Shown here piece by piece: positions 54,457 through 64,000 of a DNA stretch of 64,000 nt. This stretch comes from Lachnospiraceae bacterium. Its GTDB lineage: Bacteria > Bacillota > Clostridia > Lachnospirales > Lachnospiraceae. The notes below the pieces were generated by a model, which saw nothing but the letters and a program-made list of their open reading frames with translations, did not search any database and was not told the origin of the DNA. The position numbers and the translations under genes are program-made. Location: positions 745 through 64,744 of the forward strand of contig JALELZ010000029.1 of the NCBI GenBank assembly GCA_022768465.1, given 5' to 3'. Position 1 is the first letter of the stretch. Each line of letters opens with the position of its first letter.

Positions 54457-55593
54457 TTATTTAGCAGCCTTGATAGCTCTGATTGACTCGATAAGCATAG
54501 GAACTACCTTGAAAAGGTCACCTACGATACCATAGTCAGCGATCTCGAACATAGGTGCTGAAGGATTTGTGTTGATTGCAATGATGCACTCAGAATCCTG
54601 CATACCAGCCTTATGCTGAATAGCACCTGAAATACCAAGAGCGATGTAAACCTTAGGATGAACAGTCTTACCTGTCTGTCCAACCTGGTGGTCAGCTGAA
54701 AGCCAGCCTGAGTCGATAGCTACACGAGATCCGCCAAGAACTCCGCCGAGCTCGTCAGCAAGTTCCTGTCCAAGCTTGATACCGCCTTCAACGTCCTTAG
54801 CGATACCACGACCTACAGATACGACATAGTCAGCACCGATAAGGTCAACAAGCTTCTTTGCAGCCTTCTCTACAGAAAGAACCTCTGTCTCGAAATCAGC
54901 CTCTGTAAGTGAGAACTCTGGTCTGATGATCTCTGCTGCGTCAGCCTTAGCCTGATCAAAAGGAGCCTTTTTCATAACACCCGGACGAACTGTTGCCATT
55001 GCAGGACGGAAACGTGGGCAGATGATTGTAGCCATAAGATGTCCGCCGAATGCAGGACGAGTCATCTTAAGGTCATGTCCAACTTCCTTCTTCTCGCCCA
55101 TAACCATTGCAGTATCAGTTCCTGCAATTCTCTCCGGAGCAAGAGTAGAAGCCTCACCAAGGAAGTCCTGGTAAACCTTAGTATTAACATCAAGGTGTGT
55201 ACAGTCTGCACAAAGACCTGTGTGAAGTCTGGCTGCACAACGAGGACCAAGGTCACGACCGATATATGTAGCACCGAAAAGAACTACTTCAGGCTTTCTT
55301 TCCTTAACAGCGTCAACGATAACCTTTGTGTAACCGTCTGTTGTATAGTTCTTAAGAAGCGGATGCTCACAAACGATAACGCCATCAGCACCGTAGCCGG
55401 CAAGCTCTTTGCTGTGCTCAGCAACTTTGTCACCGAGAATAAGAGCATAAAGCTTGCATCCAAGCTCGTCTGCAAGTCTGCGTGCCTCTGAAATAAGCTC
55501 GAAGCTTGTAGGCTGAACTACTCCCTGACGCTGCTCACAGAACACCCAAACATCCTTGAAAGCAGAAATATCTGCGCTATTGTAATTTTCCAT
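54457..55593 (-). CDS. etfA: Electron transfer flavoprotein subunit alpha
   Basis: C-terminal FAD-binding region GGSRVAIDSGW...QVGQTGKTV.PKVYIALGISGAIQH. Confidence 0.92.
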   Translation of the reverse strand: MENYNSADISAFKDVWVFCEQRQGVVQPTSFELISEARRLADELGCKLYALILGDKVAEHSKELAGYGADGVIVCEHPLLKNYTTDGYTKVIVDAVKERKPEVVLFGATYIGRDLGPRCAARLHTGLCADCTHLDVNTKVYQDFLGEASTLAPERIAGTDTAMVMGEKKEVGHDLKMTRPAFGGHLMATIICPRFRPAMATVRPGVMKKAPFDQAKADAAEIIRPEFSLTEADFETEVLSVEKAAKKLVDLIGADYVVSVGRGIAKDVEGGIKLGQELADELGGVLGGSRVAIDSGWLSADHQVGQTGKTVHPKVYIALGISGAIQHKAGMQDSECIIAINTNPSAPMFEIADYGIVGDLFKVVPMLIESIRAIKAAK

Positions 55594-55613
55594 TATTCAA
55601 TAATCTCCTTTCA

Positions 55614-56414
55614 TCAGATGATGTGCTTCTTCTCAAGAATAGCAGCAAGCTCGTTGCATGTGTTCTTGTCAGCACCCTCAAGCATTACACCTGCACCCTT
55701 AAGAGGTGGTGTGAATGATACAAGTATGTTGGTAGGTGAACCCTGAAGACCGATAGTGTTCTTATCGATAAGTGGCTCATCCTTAAGTGTCTCATAATCA
55801 AATACTTCTACTGGCTTGTTGTAAGCATCGAAGATTCCGAATGTGCTCATGTAACGTGGCTCGTTGAGCTCCTTGATACATGTGATAAGGCAAGGAGTCT
55901 TCATCTTGATGTTCATGAAGCCGTCCTCAAGCATACGCTTAACGATAACTTCTCTTCCGTCAACCTTGATATCTCCGGCATATGTGATCTGTGGAAGGTT
56001 AAGCTTCTCAGCGATCTGTGGTCCAACCTGAGCTGTATCTCCGTCGATAGCCTGACGTCCGCACATAACGATGTCATCATCGTTAAGACCTAAGTGGTTG
56101 ATGCCGGCAGCAATGATCTGTGATGTAGCGAATGTATCAGATCCACCGAACTCACGAGCTGAGATAAGAACTCCACGGTCAGCGCCCATAGCGATGATCT
56201 CACGAAGCATTTTCTCTGCTGGAGGAGGTCCCATAGTAACTACAACAACTTCACAACCGGTCTCATCCTTGAGCTTAAGAGCTGCCTCAACTGCATTAAG
56301 GTCATCAGGGTTGATGATTGTAAGCATAGAAGCACGGTCAAGAGTTCCGTCCGGCTTAACTGCAACCTTTCCTGAAGTATCAGGAACCTGTTTTACACAA
56401 ACGATAACTTTCAT
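55614..56414 (-). CDS. etfB: Electron transfer flavoprotein subunit beta
   Basis: MKVIVCVKQVPDTSGKV...NPDDLNAVEAALKLK. Confidence 0.92.
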   Translation of the reverse strand: MKVIVCVKQVPDTSGKVAVKPDGTLDRASMLTIINPDDLNAVEAALKLKDETGCEVVVVTMGPPPAEKMLREIIAMGADRGVLISAREFGGSDTFATSQIIAAGINHLGLNDDDIVMCGRQAIDGDTAQVGPQIAEKLNLPQITYAGDIKVDGREVIVKRMLEDGFMNIKMKTPCLITCIKELNEPRYMSTFGIFDAYNKPVEVFDYETLKDEPLIDKNTIGLQGSPTNILVSFTPPLKGAGVMLEGADKNTCNELAAILEKKHII

Positions 56415-56431
56415 TTAAATATCCCTCCCAA

Positions 56432-57589
56432 TTACTTCTTCTTCTTAAGATTCATGCCGCCTGAGATAACCATCTTCATAACTTCAGATGTTCCCTCATA
56501 GATCTCTGTGATCTTAGCATCACGCATCATACGCTCAACCGGATACTCACGGCAGTAACCGTAACCACCCATGAGCTGTACGCACTCACGTGTAACCTGG
56601 TTAGCTACGTCAGAAGCGAAAAGCTTTGCCATAGCTGCGAGTGAAGAGTAATCCTCGTGGTTGTCCTTAGCTGTAGCTGCTCTCCATGTAAGAAGACGAG
56701 CTGCATCGATCTTTGTCTGCATCTCAGCAAGCTTAAACTGAGTATTCTGGAAAGCTGCGATTGGCTTACCGAACTGCTCACGTACCTTAACGTACTCGAT
56801 TGTCTCGTTGATAGCACCCTGTGCAAGACCAACTGACTGAGCAGCGATACCGATACGTCCGCCGTCAAGAGCCTTCATGGCAATCTTGAATCCCTTGTTA
56901 ACCTCACCAAGAACTCTGTCCTTAGAAACACGAACGTCATCGTATGTTACGATACAGTTCTGAGCTGCTCTGATACCCATACGCTTGATGTTCTCCTGAA
57001 CGTCAACGCCAGGTGTATGCTTAAGGTCAACGATGAATGCTGTAAGTCCCTTAGATACAGGAACTGTCTTGTCTGTAACTGCGAATACGATGCAGGTATC
57101 AGCAAATGATGAGTTTGTTGTGAAGATCTTTGATCCATTGATGATCCAGTCATCACCATCCTGAACTGCAACTGTCTGAGCACCCTGAACGTCAGAACCT
57201 GCGTTAGGCTCTGTAAGTCCGAAGCATCCGAAGTGTGATCCGTCTACGAGTGGACGAAGATATGTCTGCTTCTGCTCTTCTGTACCTGCCATGTCGATGC
57301 ATGCGCAGCAGAGTGATGTGTGTACAGAAATTGTGATTCCGCAAGAACCATCCTGCTTAGAAACTTCTTCCATGCAGAGAGTATAAGTAAGGTTGTCTCC
57401 GCCTGCTCCGCCGTACTCCTTTGAGTAAGGGATTCCGAAGAAGCCGTACTTCTGCATCTTTCCAAGAAGCTCCATGTCAAGCTGCTCAGACTCATCCATA
57501 TCATGAGCGAGAGGCTTGATTTCGGTCTCAGCAAATTTGCGGAATAACTCCTGTGCAAGCTGCTGCTCTCTGGTAAGTTTAAAATCCAT
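56432..57589 (-). CDS. bcd: Butyryl-CoA (short-chain acyl-CoA) dehydrogenase
   Basis: Start at ATG 57589 with a GGAGG SD. MDFKLTREQQLAQELFRKFAE..., GLTEPNAGSD, YEGTSEV. Confidence 0.92.
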   Translation of the reverse strand: MDFKLTREQQLAQELFRKFAETEIKPLAHDMDESEQLDMELLGKMQKYGFFGIPYSKEYGGAGGDNLTYTLCMEEVSKQDGSCGITISVHTSLCCACIDMAGTEEQKQTYLRPLVDGSHFGCFGLTEPNAGSDVQGAQTVAVQDGDDWIINGSKIFTTNSSFADTCIVFAVTDKTVPVSKGLTAFIVDLKHTPGVDVQENIKRMGIRAAQNCIVTYDDVRVSKDRVLGEVNKGFKIAMKALDGGRIGIAAQSVGLAQGAINETIEYVKVREQFGKPIAAFQNTQFKLAEMQTKIDAARLLTWRAATAKDNHEDYSSLAAMAKLFASDVANQVTRECVQLMGGYGYCREYPVERMMRDAKITEIYEGTSEVMKMVISGGMNLKKKK

Positions 57590-57663
57590 AATTACCTCCA
57601 TAAAATCTTACAATTAAATTTGAAGCTTTTCTTCAAAATTATTCGTAGTATTCTCCACTCGTA

Positions 57664-57692
57664 ATCTTATCCGTTCGACAAAAAATTGTCAA
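57664..57692 (-). promoter_or_regulatory. bcd-etfBA promoter
   Basis: TTGACA-17 nt-TAAGAT on the minus strand. Confidence 0.6.
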
Positions 57693-57813
57693 TATATTTT
57701 GCATACGAATTATTTATAATATTGTATTTTTAAAATACCTTTTATTTTGTACGCAAAATACACGAAATCTGCTATTATTTGCTGTGCAAATTATATTAAA
57801 CAAAAGTAACTGA

Positions 57814-57843
57814 TTGACAAATATTAAACAATAAATTTATAAT
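57814..57843 (+). promoter_or_regulatory. Promoter of the divergent MarR gene
   Basis: TTGACA-18 nt-TATAAT, 21 nt before the ATG (GAGGAG SD). Confidence 0.65.
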
Positions 57844-57864
57844 GGCTTTCGAGGAGAAATTATT

Positions 57865-58299
57865 ATGAAATTACAGGACTGTATTAACTTTATATTAACG
57901 CATTCTCAGAATGCAGTTTTTTCATATTTTAAAAGAGAGCTTCATCATCTCGGCGTTACTCCGATACAGTACGCTTCTTTAAAATGTCTTTGGGAACAGG
58001 ATGAACAGATGCCTTCCCAGCTTGCAGAAACCTTACATCTTGATTCATCTACAGTAACCGGCATACTAAGCAGACTTGAGGATAAGAAGCTGATCGAGAG
58101 AACCTTTAACACCGGTGACAGACGTAAGGTAATAGTTCATCTTACTGAAGAAGGCAAGGCTCTTGAAAAACCGGTAAGTGATATTATCGAGAGACTTAAC
58201 TTTGAGCTTACCGAAGGACTTTCAAAGGAAGATATGGATGTTTTTCACCACCACTTAAAGGTAATTACTGATAACGCAGAAAGACTGAACTGCAAATAA
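57865..58299 (+). CDS. MarR-family transcriptional regulator, divergent from bcd
   Basis: PSQLAETLHLDSSTVTGILSRLEDKKLIER...DRRKVIVHLTEEG. Confidence 0.88.
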   Translation: MKLQDCINFILTHSQNAVFSYFKRELHHLGVTPIQYASLKCLWEQDEQMPSQLAETLHLDSSTVTGILSRLEDKKLIERTFNTGDRRKVIVHLTEEGKALEKPVSDIIERLNFELTEGLSKEDMDVFHHHLKVITDNAERLNCK

Positions 58300-58366
58300 T
58301 TTTAAATAACAGATATTTTTACATATCCCAACCATCATCTTTCAGCTTTATAATGTATGGTTTAAG

Positions 58367-58403
58367 ACGATGTTCCGGCATTTTCCGGTACATCGTTTTT
58401 TTG
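58367..58403 (+). terminator. Terminator of the MarR gene
   Basis: ACGATGT(T)CCGG cattTT CCGG(T)ACATCGT followed by TTTTTTTG. Confidence 0.8.
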
Positions 58404-58425
58404 TACTCTATGCAGGGATATTTAT

Positions 58426-58473
58426 GCACAGTAAAGAGCGTGTGAAGATCGTTTTAACGATTTCACACGCTCT
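58426..58473 (-). terminator. tuf terminator
   Basis: AGAGCGTGTGAA/TTCACACGCTCT with inner ATCGTT/AACGAT, followed by TTTACTGTG on the minus strand. Confidence 0.7.
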
Positions 58474-58506
58474 GTTATTCAATAGATATATAAGTTAGTT
58501 CTAAGA

Positions 58507-59697
58507 TTAAGAAATAACCTCTGTAACTCTACCTGAACCTACTGTTCTTCCGCCCTCACGGATAGCGAAACGAAGACCCTTCTCCATAGCGATTGGGTGG
58601 ATGAGCTCTACTGTCATCTCGATGTTATCGCCAGGCATGCACATCTCTACGCCATCAGGAAGATCGCACTGTCCTGTAACGTCAGTTGTTCTGAAATAGA
58701 ACTGTGGTCTGTAGTGGTTGAAGAATGGTGTATGACGACCACCCTCGTCCTTTGTAAGAACGTAAACCTGACCCTTGAAGTTCTTGTGGCATGTTACTGT
58801 ACCTGGCTTACAGATAACCTGACCTCTTTCGATCTGGTCACGGTTGATACCACGAAGAAGAGCACCGATGTTATCACCAGCCTGAGCCTCATCAAGAAGC
58901 TTACGGAACATCTCGATACCTGTAACAACAGTCTTCTGGATCTCTTCCTTGATACCAACGATCTCAAGAGGATCGTTAAGGTGAAGTGTACCACGCTCAA
59001 CACGGCCTGTAGCAACAGTACCACGACCTGTGATAGTGAATACGTCCTCGACAGGCATAAGGAATGGCTTATCTGTCTCACGCTCTGGATCCGGGATGTA
59101 CTCATCAACAGCGTCCATAAGCTCGAGAACCTTCTTCTCCCAAACTGGATCTCCCTCAAGAGCCTTAAGAGCTGAACCACGGATGATAGGTGTATCATCG
59201 CCTGGGAAATCATACTCGTTAAGAAGCTCTCTGATCTCCATCTCTACAAGGTCAAGAAGCTCCTCATCGTCAACCATGTCACACTTGTTCATGAATACAA
59301 CGATATAAGGAACGCCTACCTGACGAGCAAGAAGGATATGCTCTCTTGTCTGAGCCATAGGACCGTCAGTAGCAGCAACAACGAGGATAGCACCATCCAT
59401 CTGTGCAGCACCTGTGATCATGTTCTTAACGTAGTCAGCATGGCCTGGGCAGTCAACGTGAGCATAGTGACGCTTCTTTGTCTCGTACTCAACGTGTGCT
59501 GTATTGATAGTGATTCCTCTTTCTCTCTCTTCCGGAGCCTTATCGATCATATCGAATGCAACGGCCTCACCTGTACCCTCAAGCTCTGAAAGAGTTCTTG
59601 TGATAGCAGCTGTAAGAGTTGTCTTACCATGGTCAACGTGTCCAATGGTACCAATGTTACAATGTGGTTTGGTTCTGGTAAATTTTTCCTTTGCCAT
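58507..59697 (-). CDS. tuf: Elongation factor Tu
   Basis: [32 protein letters not shown]... Confidence 0.99.
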   Translation of the reverse strand: MAKEKFTRTKPHCNIGTIGHVDHGKTTLTAAITRTLSELEGTGEAVAFDMIDKAPEERERGITINTAHVEYETKKRHYAHVDCPGHADYVKNMITGAAQMDGAILVVAATDGPMAQTREHILLARQVGVPYIVVFMNKCDMVDDEELLDLVEMEIRELLNEYDFPGDDTPIIRGSALKALEGDPVWEKKVLELMDAVDEYIPDPERETDKPFLMPVEDVFTITGRGTVATGRVERGTLHLNDPLEIVGIKEEIQKTVVTGIEMFRKLLDEAQAGDNIGALLRGINRDQIERGQVICKPGTVTCHKNFKGQVYVLTKDEGGRHTPFFNHYRPQFYFRTTDVTGQCDLPDGVEMCMPGDNIEMTVELIHPIAMEKGLRFAIREGGRTVGSGRVTEVIS

Positions 59698-59791
59698 TGT
59701 AGTTTTCCTCCAAAACGAATAATAAAAGTATTGTTATTATTAATTAAGTCTCGATTATTATAAGTTATAATCCGCCTATTTTCAATATGGA

Positions 59792-61906
59792 TTATTTCTT
59801 CTTATCGTTCAGGATCTTCTCCTGTACATTCTTTGGAACAGGCTCATAGTGATCAAAGAACATTGAGTAGTTTCCACGACCCTGTGTCTTTGAACGAAGG
59901 TCTGTTGAGTAGCCGAACATCTCAGCAAGAGGAACATAAGACTTAACGATCTTTCCGCCTCCGAGATCATCCATACCCTCGATACGTCCACGGCGTGAGT
60001 TGATATCACCGATAACATCACCCATGTACTCCTCAGGCATAGTTACGTCAACCTTCATGATAGGCTCAAGAAGTACCGGAGCACCCTTCTGCATAGCATC
60101 CTTAAGAGCCATTGATCCTGCAATGTGGAATGCCATCTCAGATGAGTCGACCTCATGGTATGATCCGTCCCATACATTAGCCTTGATACCAAGTACAGGG
60201 AATCCGCCGAGAGGACCTGCCTTCATGGCTTCCTGAATACCTTCATCAATAGCCGGGATGTACTCCTTAGGAATAGCTCCTCCGACAACAGTGTTCTCGA
60301 ACTTGTAAACTTCATCACCGTTTGCATCCATCGGCTCGAACTTAACCTTACAATGTCCGTACTGACCCTTACCGCCTGACTGCTTGATGTACTTTGACTC
60401 TACATCGACAGGCTTTGTGATAGCTTCCTTATATGCAACCTGAGGCGCACCTACGTTAGCCTCGACATTGAACTCACGAAGAAGTCTGTCGACGATGATC
60501 TCAAGGTGAAGCTCACCCATACCTGAGATAATTGTCTGACCTGTCTCCTGGTCAGTCTTGGCTCTGAATGTAGGATCTTCCTCTGCAAGCTTTGCAAGAG
60601 CCTCGCCCATCTTACCTTGAGAAGCCTTTGTCTTAGGCTCAATAGCAACGTCGATAACCGGCTCCGGGAACTCCATTGACTCAAGGAGTACAGGATGCTG
60701 CTCGTCGCAGAGTGTGTCACCTGTTCCGGTGAACTTAAAGCCTACTGCTGCAGCGATGTCGCCTGAGTAGCACTTATCAAGCTCTGTACGCTTGTTTGCA
60801 TGCATCTGAAGGATACGTCCTACACGCTCCTTCTTGCCCTTAGTTGCGTTAAGTATATATGATCCTGAGTTAACAGTTCCTGAATATACTCTGAAGTAAG
60901 CAAGCTTACCTACGAATGGGTCAGTCATGATCTTGAATGCAAGAGCTGAGAATGGCTCCTCATCAGATGAATGACGAACGACCTCGTTGCCTTCCATATC
61001 AACTCCGTCGATAGGCGGGATGTCGATAGGTGACGGCATAAAGTCAATTATTGCATCAAGAAGCTTCTGAACGCCCTTGTTTCTGTATGCTGAACCGCAG
61101 CATACAGGAATTGCTGTACACTCACAGCATCCCTTTCTGAGAGCCTTCTTAAGCTGATCCTCTGTAGGAATCTCTCCGTCAAGATACATCATAGTAAGCT
61201 CATCATCAAGCTCACAGATCTTCTCAACAAGCTCATCACGATACATCTCTGCATCGTCCTTCATATCATCAGGGATCTCTATGATATCAACATCGTTACC
61301 CTTGTCATCATTATAGATGTATGCCTTCATCTCGAAAAGGTCGATGATTCCCTTGAAGGAATCCTCCTTGCCGATAGGAAGCTGTGTAATGATAGCATTC
61401 TTTCCGAGTCTTGTACGGATCTGTTCAACAGCACCATAGAAGTTGGCACCAAGTATATCCATCTTGTTGATGAAAGCCATACGAGGTACGTTGTATGTGT
61501 CTGCCTGTCTCCATACGTTCTCAGACTGTGGCTCAACACCGCCCTTTGCGCAGAACACACCTACTGCACCGTCAAGTACTCTCAGTGAACGCTCAACCTC
61601 TACAGTGAAGTCAACGTGACCAGGAGTATCGATGATGTTGATACGATGCTCAAGAGCATTCGGGTCCGGCTTGTTGTTCTTATGCTTTGTCCAATGGCAT
61701 GTTGTAGCTGCTGATGTGATGGTTATACCACGCTCCTGCTCCTGAGCCATCCAGTCCATGGTAGCAGTTCCTTCGTGCGTATCACCGATCTTATAGTTTA
61801 CACCTGTGTAATAAAGAATACGCTCTGTAAGTGTTGTCTTACCGGCATCGATATGTGCCATGATTCCTATATTACGGGTTCTGTCTAATGGATATTCTCT
61901 TCCCAT
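59792..61906 (-). CDS. fusA: Elongation factor G
   Basis: [25 protein letters not shown]..., 704 aa. Confidence 0.99.
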   Translation of the reverse strand: MGREYPLDRTRNIGIMAHIDAGKTTLTERILYYTGVNYKIGDTHEGTATMDWMAQEQERGITITSAATTCHWTKHKNNKPDPNALEHRINIIDTPGHVDFTVEVERSLRVLDGAVGVFCAKGGVEPQSENVWRQADTYNVPRMAFINKMDILGANFYGAVEQIRTRLGKNAIITQLPIGKEDSFKGIIDLFEMKAYIYNDDKGNDVDIIEIPDDMKDDAEMYRDELVEKICELDDELTMMYLDGEIPTEDQLKKALRKGCCECTAIPVCCGSAYRNKGVQKLLDAIIDFMPSPIDIPPIDGVDMEGNEVVRHSSDEEPFSALAFKIMTDPFVGKLAYFRVYSGTVNSGSYILNATKGKKERVGRILQMHANKRTELDKCYSGDIAAAVGFKFTGTGDTLCDEQHPVLLESMEFPEPVIDVAIEPKTKASQGKMGEALAKLAEEDPTFRAKTDQETGQTIISGMGELHLEIIVDRLLREFNVEANVGAPQVAYKEAITKPVDVESKYIKQSGGKGQYGHCKVKFEPMDANGDEVYKFENTVVGGAIPKEYIPAIDEGIQEAMKAGPLGGFPVLGIKANVWDGSYHEVDSSEMAFHIAGSMALKDAMQKGAPVLLEPIMKVDVTMPEEYMGDVIGDINSRRGRIEGMDDLGGGKIVKSYVPLAEMFGYSTDLRSKTQGRGNYSMFFDHYEPVPKNVQEKILNDKKK

Positions 61907-61930
61907 TGTTAACGCTCCTTTTTATGAAAA

Positions 61931-62401
61931 TCAGAAACGATAGTGAGCAAATGCCTTATTGGCCTCAGCCATTCTATGCATCTCTTCTTTTCTCTTTACG
62001 GAAGCGCCTGTATTATTGGCAGCGTCCATTATTTCATTTGCAAGTCTGTCCTTCTGGGTCTTCTCGCCTCTCTTACGTGAGAAAGTTGTGATCCAGCGAA
62101 GGCCAAGGGCCTGTCTTCTCTCCGGCTTAACCTCGATAGGCACCTGATATGTAGCACCACCGATACGCTTAGCCTTAACCTCAAGAACAGGCATGATGTT
62201 GTTCATGGCCTCCTCAAATACCTCAAGTGCAGGCTTTCCTGTCTTAGCTTCTACCTGCTCGAATGCGCCATAAACGATCTTCTGTGCAGTTCCGCGCTTA
62301 CCGTCAAGCATGATCTGGTTAATAAGCTTTGTTACAACCTTATTTCCGTAGATCGGATCTGCCAGAACGTCTCTCTTTTGAGTATGTCCTTTACGTGGCA
62401 T
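61931..62401 (-). CDS. rpsG: 30S ribosomal protein S7
   Basis: [28 protein letters not shown]... Confidence 0.99.
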   Translation of the reverse strand: MPRKGHTQKRDVLADPIYGNKVVTKLINQIMLDGKRGTAQKIVYGAFEQVEAKTGKPALEVFEEAMNNIMPVLEVKAKRIGGATYQVPIEVKPERRQALGLRWITTFSRKRGEKTQKDRLANEIMDAANNTGASVKRKEEMHRMAEANKAFAHYRF

Positions 62402-62506
62402 TTCTTCCCTCCTTAATTATTAGTACATTAGATCATCGGTACTCTCAGAAGTGAGACATCTATGAGTTTTACAACCATTTATCTCAATTCCGAAGTGTTT
62501 CATTAA

Positions 62507-62926
62507 TTACTTTTTGTCCTTAGGTCTCTTTGCACCGTACTTAGAACGTGCCTGCTTACGGTTTGCAACGCCTGCTGTATCGAGTGTTCCTCTTACGATG
62601 TGGTAACGTGTACCAGGAAGATCCTTAACACGGCCTCCACGGATAAGAACAACGCTGTGCTCCTGAAGGTTGTGACCCTCTCCCGGAATATAGCTTGTTA
62701 CTTCGATACCGTTTGAAAGACGTACTCTGGCAATCTTACGAAGTGCTGAGTTAGGCTTCTTAGGTGTAGCTGTCTTGACAGCTGTGCACACACCGCGCTT
62801 CTGAGGAGCTGACTCATCAGTAGCTTTCTTCTTGAGGGAATTGAATCCTCTCTGAAGTGCTGGTGCTGTTGACTTCTTAACAGAAGACTTTCTTCCGTTT
62901 CTAACCAGCTGGTTAAATGTAGGCAT
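62507..62926 (-). CDS. rpsL: 30S ribosomal protein S12
   Basis: [14 protein letters not shown]...KKPNSALRK...GGRVKDLPG. Confidence 0.99.
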   Translation of the reverse strand: MPTFNQLVRNGRKSSVKKSTAPALQRGFNSLKKKATDESAPQKRGVCTAVKTATPKKPNSALRKIARVRLSNGIEVTSYIPGEGHNLQEHSVVLIRGGRVKDLPGTRYHIVRGTLDTAGVANRKQARSKYGAKRPKDKK

Positions 62927-62963
62927 TGAATTTACCTCCTTTCAGAATTGATGGTTGTATTTC

Positions 62964-62997
62964 TACACAAAATATGACGCATGTCTGAACATGCGCC
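62964..62997 (-). terminator. rpoC terminator
   Basis: GGCGCATG ttcaga CATGCGTC (one G-U pair) followed by ATATTTTGTG on the minus strand. Confidence 0.65.
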
Positions 62998-63057
62998 ATA
63001 TAATAATAGTATTTATGCTGTTATAAGTCAAGTATTTTCGTTGATTTTACATGAAAA

Positions 63058-64000
63058 TCACTCGTCAATGCTGTCATCTCCGATAATGATATCATCATCT
63101 GCTTCTGTCTCATCAACGATTGCATCATTTTCGTCTGCAATGTAATCTGATGAACTTCCGATAATTTCATCATTCTCAGGCTGCATCTGTTCCTCAGGCA
63201 CATCTGTTGAAAGCTCTATATCGCTGTACTCTCTTATTCCGGTACCTGCCGGGATAAGCTTTCCTATAAGAACATTCTCCTTGATACCGTTCAGGTGATC
63301 GACCTTTCCGTTTATAGCTGCCTCTGTGAGGACCTTTGTAGTCTCCTGGAAGGAAGCTGCTGAAAGGAAGGAGTCTGTAGCAAGTGACGCCTTAGTAATA
63401 CCAAGCATTGTTACCTGACCCTCTGCCGGAGTCTTACCTTCTGCGATAAGCTGCTCGTTTGTCTCATTGAAATCAAGCAGATTAACTGTGATTCCCGGAA
63501 GGAACTCTGAATCTCCAGGATTCTCGATCCTTACCTTCTTCATCATCTGACGAACTATCATCTCGATATGCTTATCGTTGATATCAACACCCTGAAGTCT
63601 GTAAACACGCTGTGTTTCGCGAAGCATGTAGTCCTGTACGGCTCTTACGCCCTTGATGCGAAGTATGTCGTGAGGATTAACAGAACCTTCTGTGATCTCG
63701 TCACCGGCCTCTATAACATCGCCGTCTGTAACCTTGAGTCTTGATCCGTAAGGAATAAGATAGGTCTTTGACTCTCCGTCTTCCTGATTGGTAACGGTTA
63801 TCTCACGCTTCTTCTTGGTTTCCTTAAAGCTTACAAGTCCAGGTATCTCTGAAATTATAGCAAGTCCCTTAGGACGTCTTGCCTCAAAAAGCTCCTCGAC
63901 TCTAGGAAGACCCTGTGTGATATCCTGGTTTGATGCAACACCACCGGTATGGAAGTTACGCATGGTAAGCTGTGTACCAGGCTCACCGATAGACTGAGCC
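63058..64000 (-). CDS. rpoC: DNA-directed RNA polymerase subunit beta', C-terminal part (5' end beyond the window), with an acidic tail
   Basis: ...[29 protein letters not shown]...[34 protein letters not shown]. The frame stays open to the window edge. Confidence 0.95.
   Translation of the reverse strand, partial: AQSIGEPGTQLTMRNFHTGGVASNQDITQGLPRVEELFEARRPKGLAIISEIPGLVSFKETKKKREITVTNQEDGESKTYLIPYGSRLKVTDGDVIEAGDEITEGSVNPHDILRIKGVRAVQDYMLRETQRVYRLQGVDINDKHIEMIVRQMMKKVRIENPGDSEFLPGITVNLLDFNETNEQLIAEGKTPAEGQVTMLGITKASLATDSFLSAASFQETTKVLTEAAINGKVDHLNGIKENVLIGKLIPAGTGIREYSDIELSTDVPEEQMQPENDEIIGSSSDYIADENDAIVDETEADDDIIIGDDSIDE

Noticed and set aside
54457-55593. EtfA appears about 35-40 aa longer than the roughly 335-340 aa I recall for clostridial EtfA, with extra sequence around DVNTKVYQDFLGEASTLAPERIAGTDTAMVMGEKKEVGHDLKM
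   Set aside because: This rests only on remembered lengths and I cannot align it here. There are no Cys-cluster or ferredoxin-like features to suggest a new domain.
1-64000. Scan for rRNA, tRNA, CRISPR arrays, IS/transposase, integrase or phage genes, restriction-modification systems or known defence cassettes. I also noted the absence of ylxR (between nusA and ylxQ) and of an L7Ae-like gene between rpoC and rpsL.
   Set aside because: None was found by eye in any intergenic region or ORF translation. The missing small genes are ordinary lineage variation. No multi-gene novel system could be supported from the sequence.

Overview
This window is a mostly housekeeping chromosome segment from a Firmicute. 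Gene content suggests Clostridia, probably Lachnospiraceae-like: bcd-etfBA, AddAB and cell-wall-binding (CW_binding_1-type) repeat proteins. That assignment is inference only. I call 53 protein-coding loci, 50 of them on the minus strand, which fits a leading-strand core region. Recognisable blocks, listed in minus-strand order, are:
- rpoC'-rpsL-rpsG-fusA-tuf
- marR(+)/bcd-etfB-etfA
- tyrS
- addB-addA-ung-uppP-amidase
- uracil permease
- DAHP synthase(+)
- topA
- rimP-nusA-ylxQ-infB-rbfA-nrnA-truB::ribF-rpsO
- a MarR/dehydratase/GNAT/TraX cluster
- rpmB(+)/asp23-yloV-recG-rsmD-coaD
- rluD-like gene
- comM-dprA
- glycerate kinase, ABC-F, S51 peptidase, guaA
- hipBA
- a decaying surface-protein locus
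- a second, GATase-less guaA-like gene cut by the window edge

I found no rRNA, tRNA, CRISPR array, IS element, prophage or recognisable multi-gene defence system, and no convincing novel multi-gene system. The observations most worth following up are small and mostly RNA-level or regulatory:
1. A promoter, a U-rich 31-codon leader ORF and an intrinsic terminator upstream of the uracil permease. This may be a translation-coupled attenuator; no PyrR box is visible.
2. A 67-nt hairpin element present twice (about 90% identical). Its substitutions preserve pairing only in the minus-strand RNA.
3. A 315-nt repeat-rich, hairpin-dense infB-rbfA spacer.
4. A perfect 34-bp palindrome at the hipBA promoter.
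5. An in-frame truB-ribF fusion.
6. Two decaying loci: a surface protein with an in-frame TGA and a signal peptide split from its wall anchor, and a 5'-truncated ATPase.

All product calls come from reading the translations. Nothing was searched against a database.
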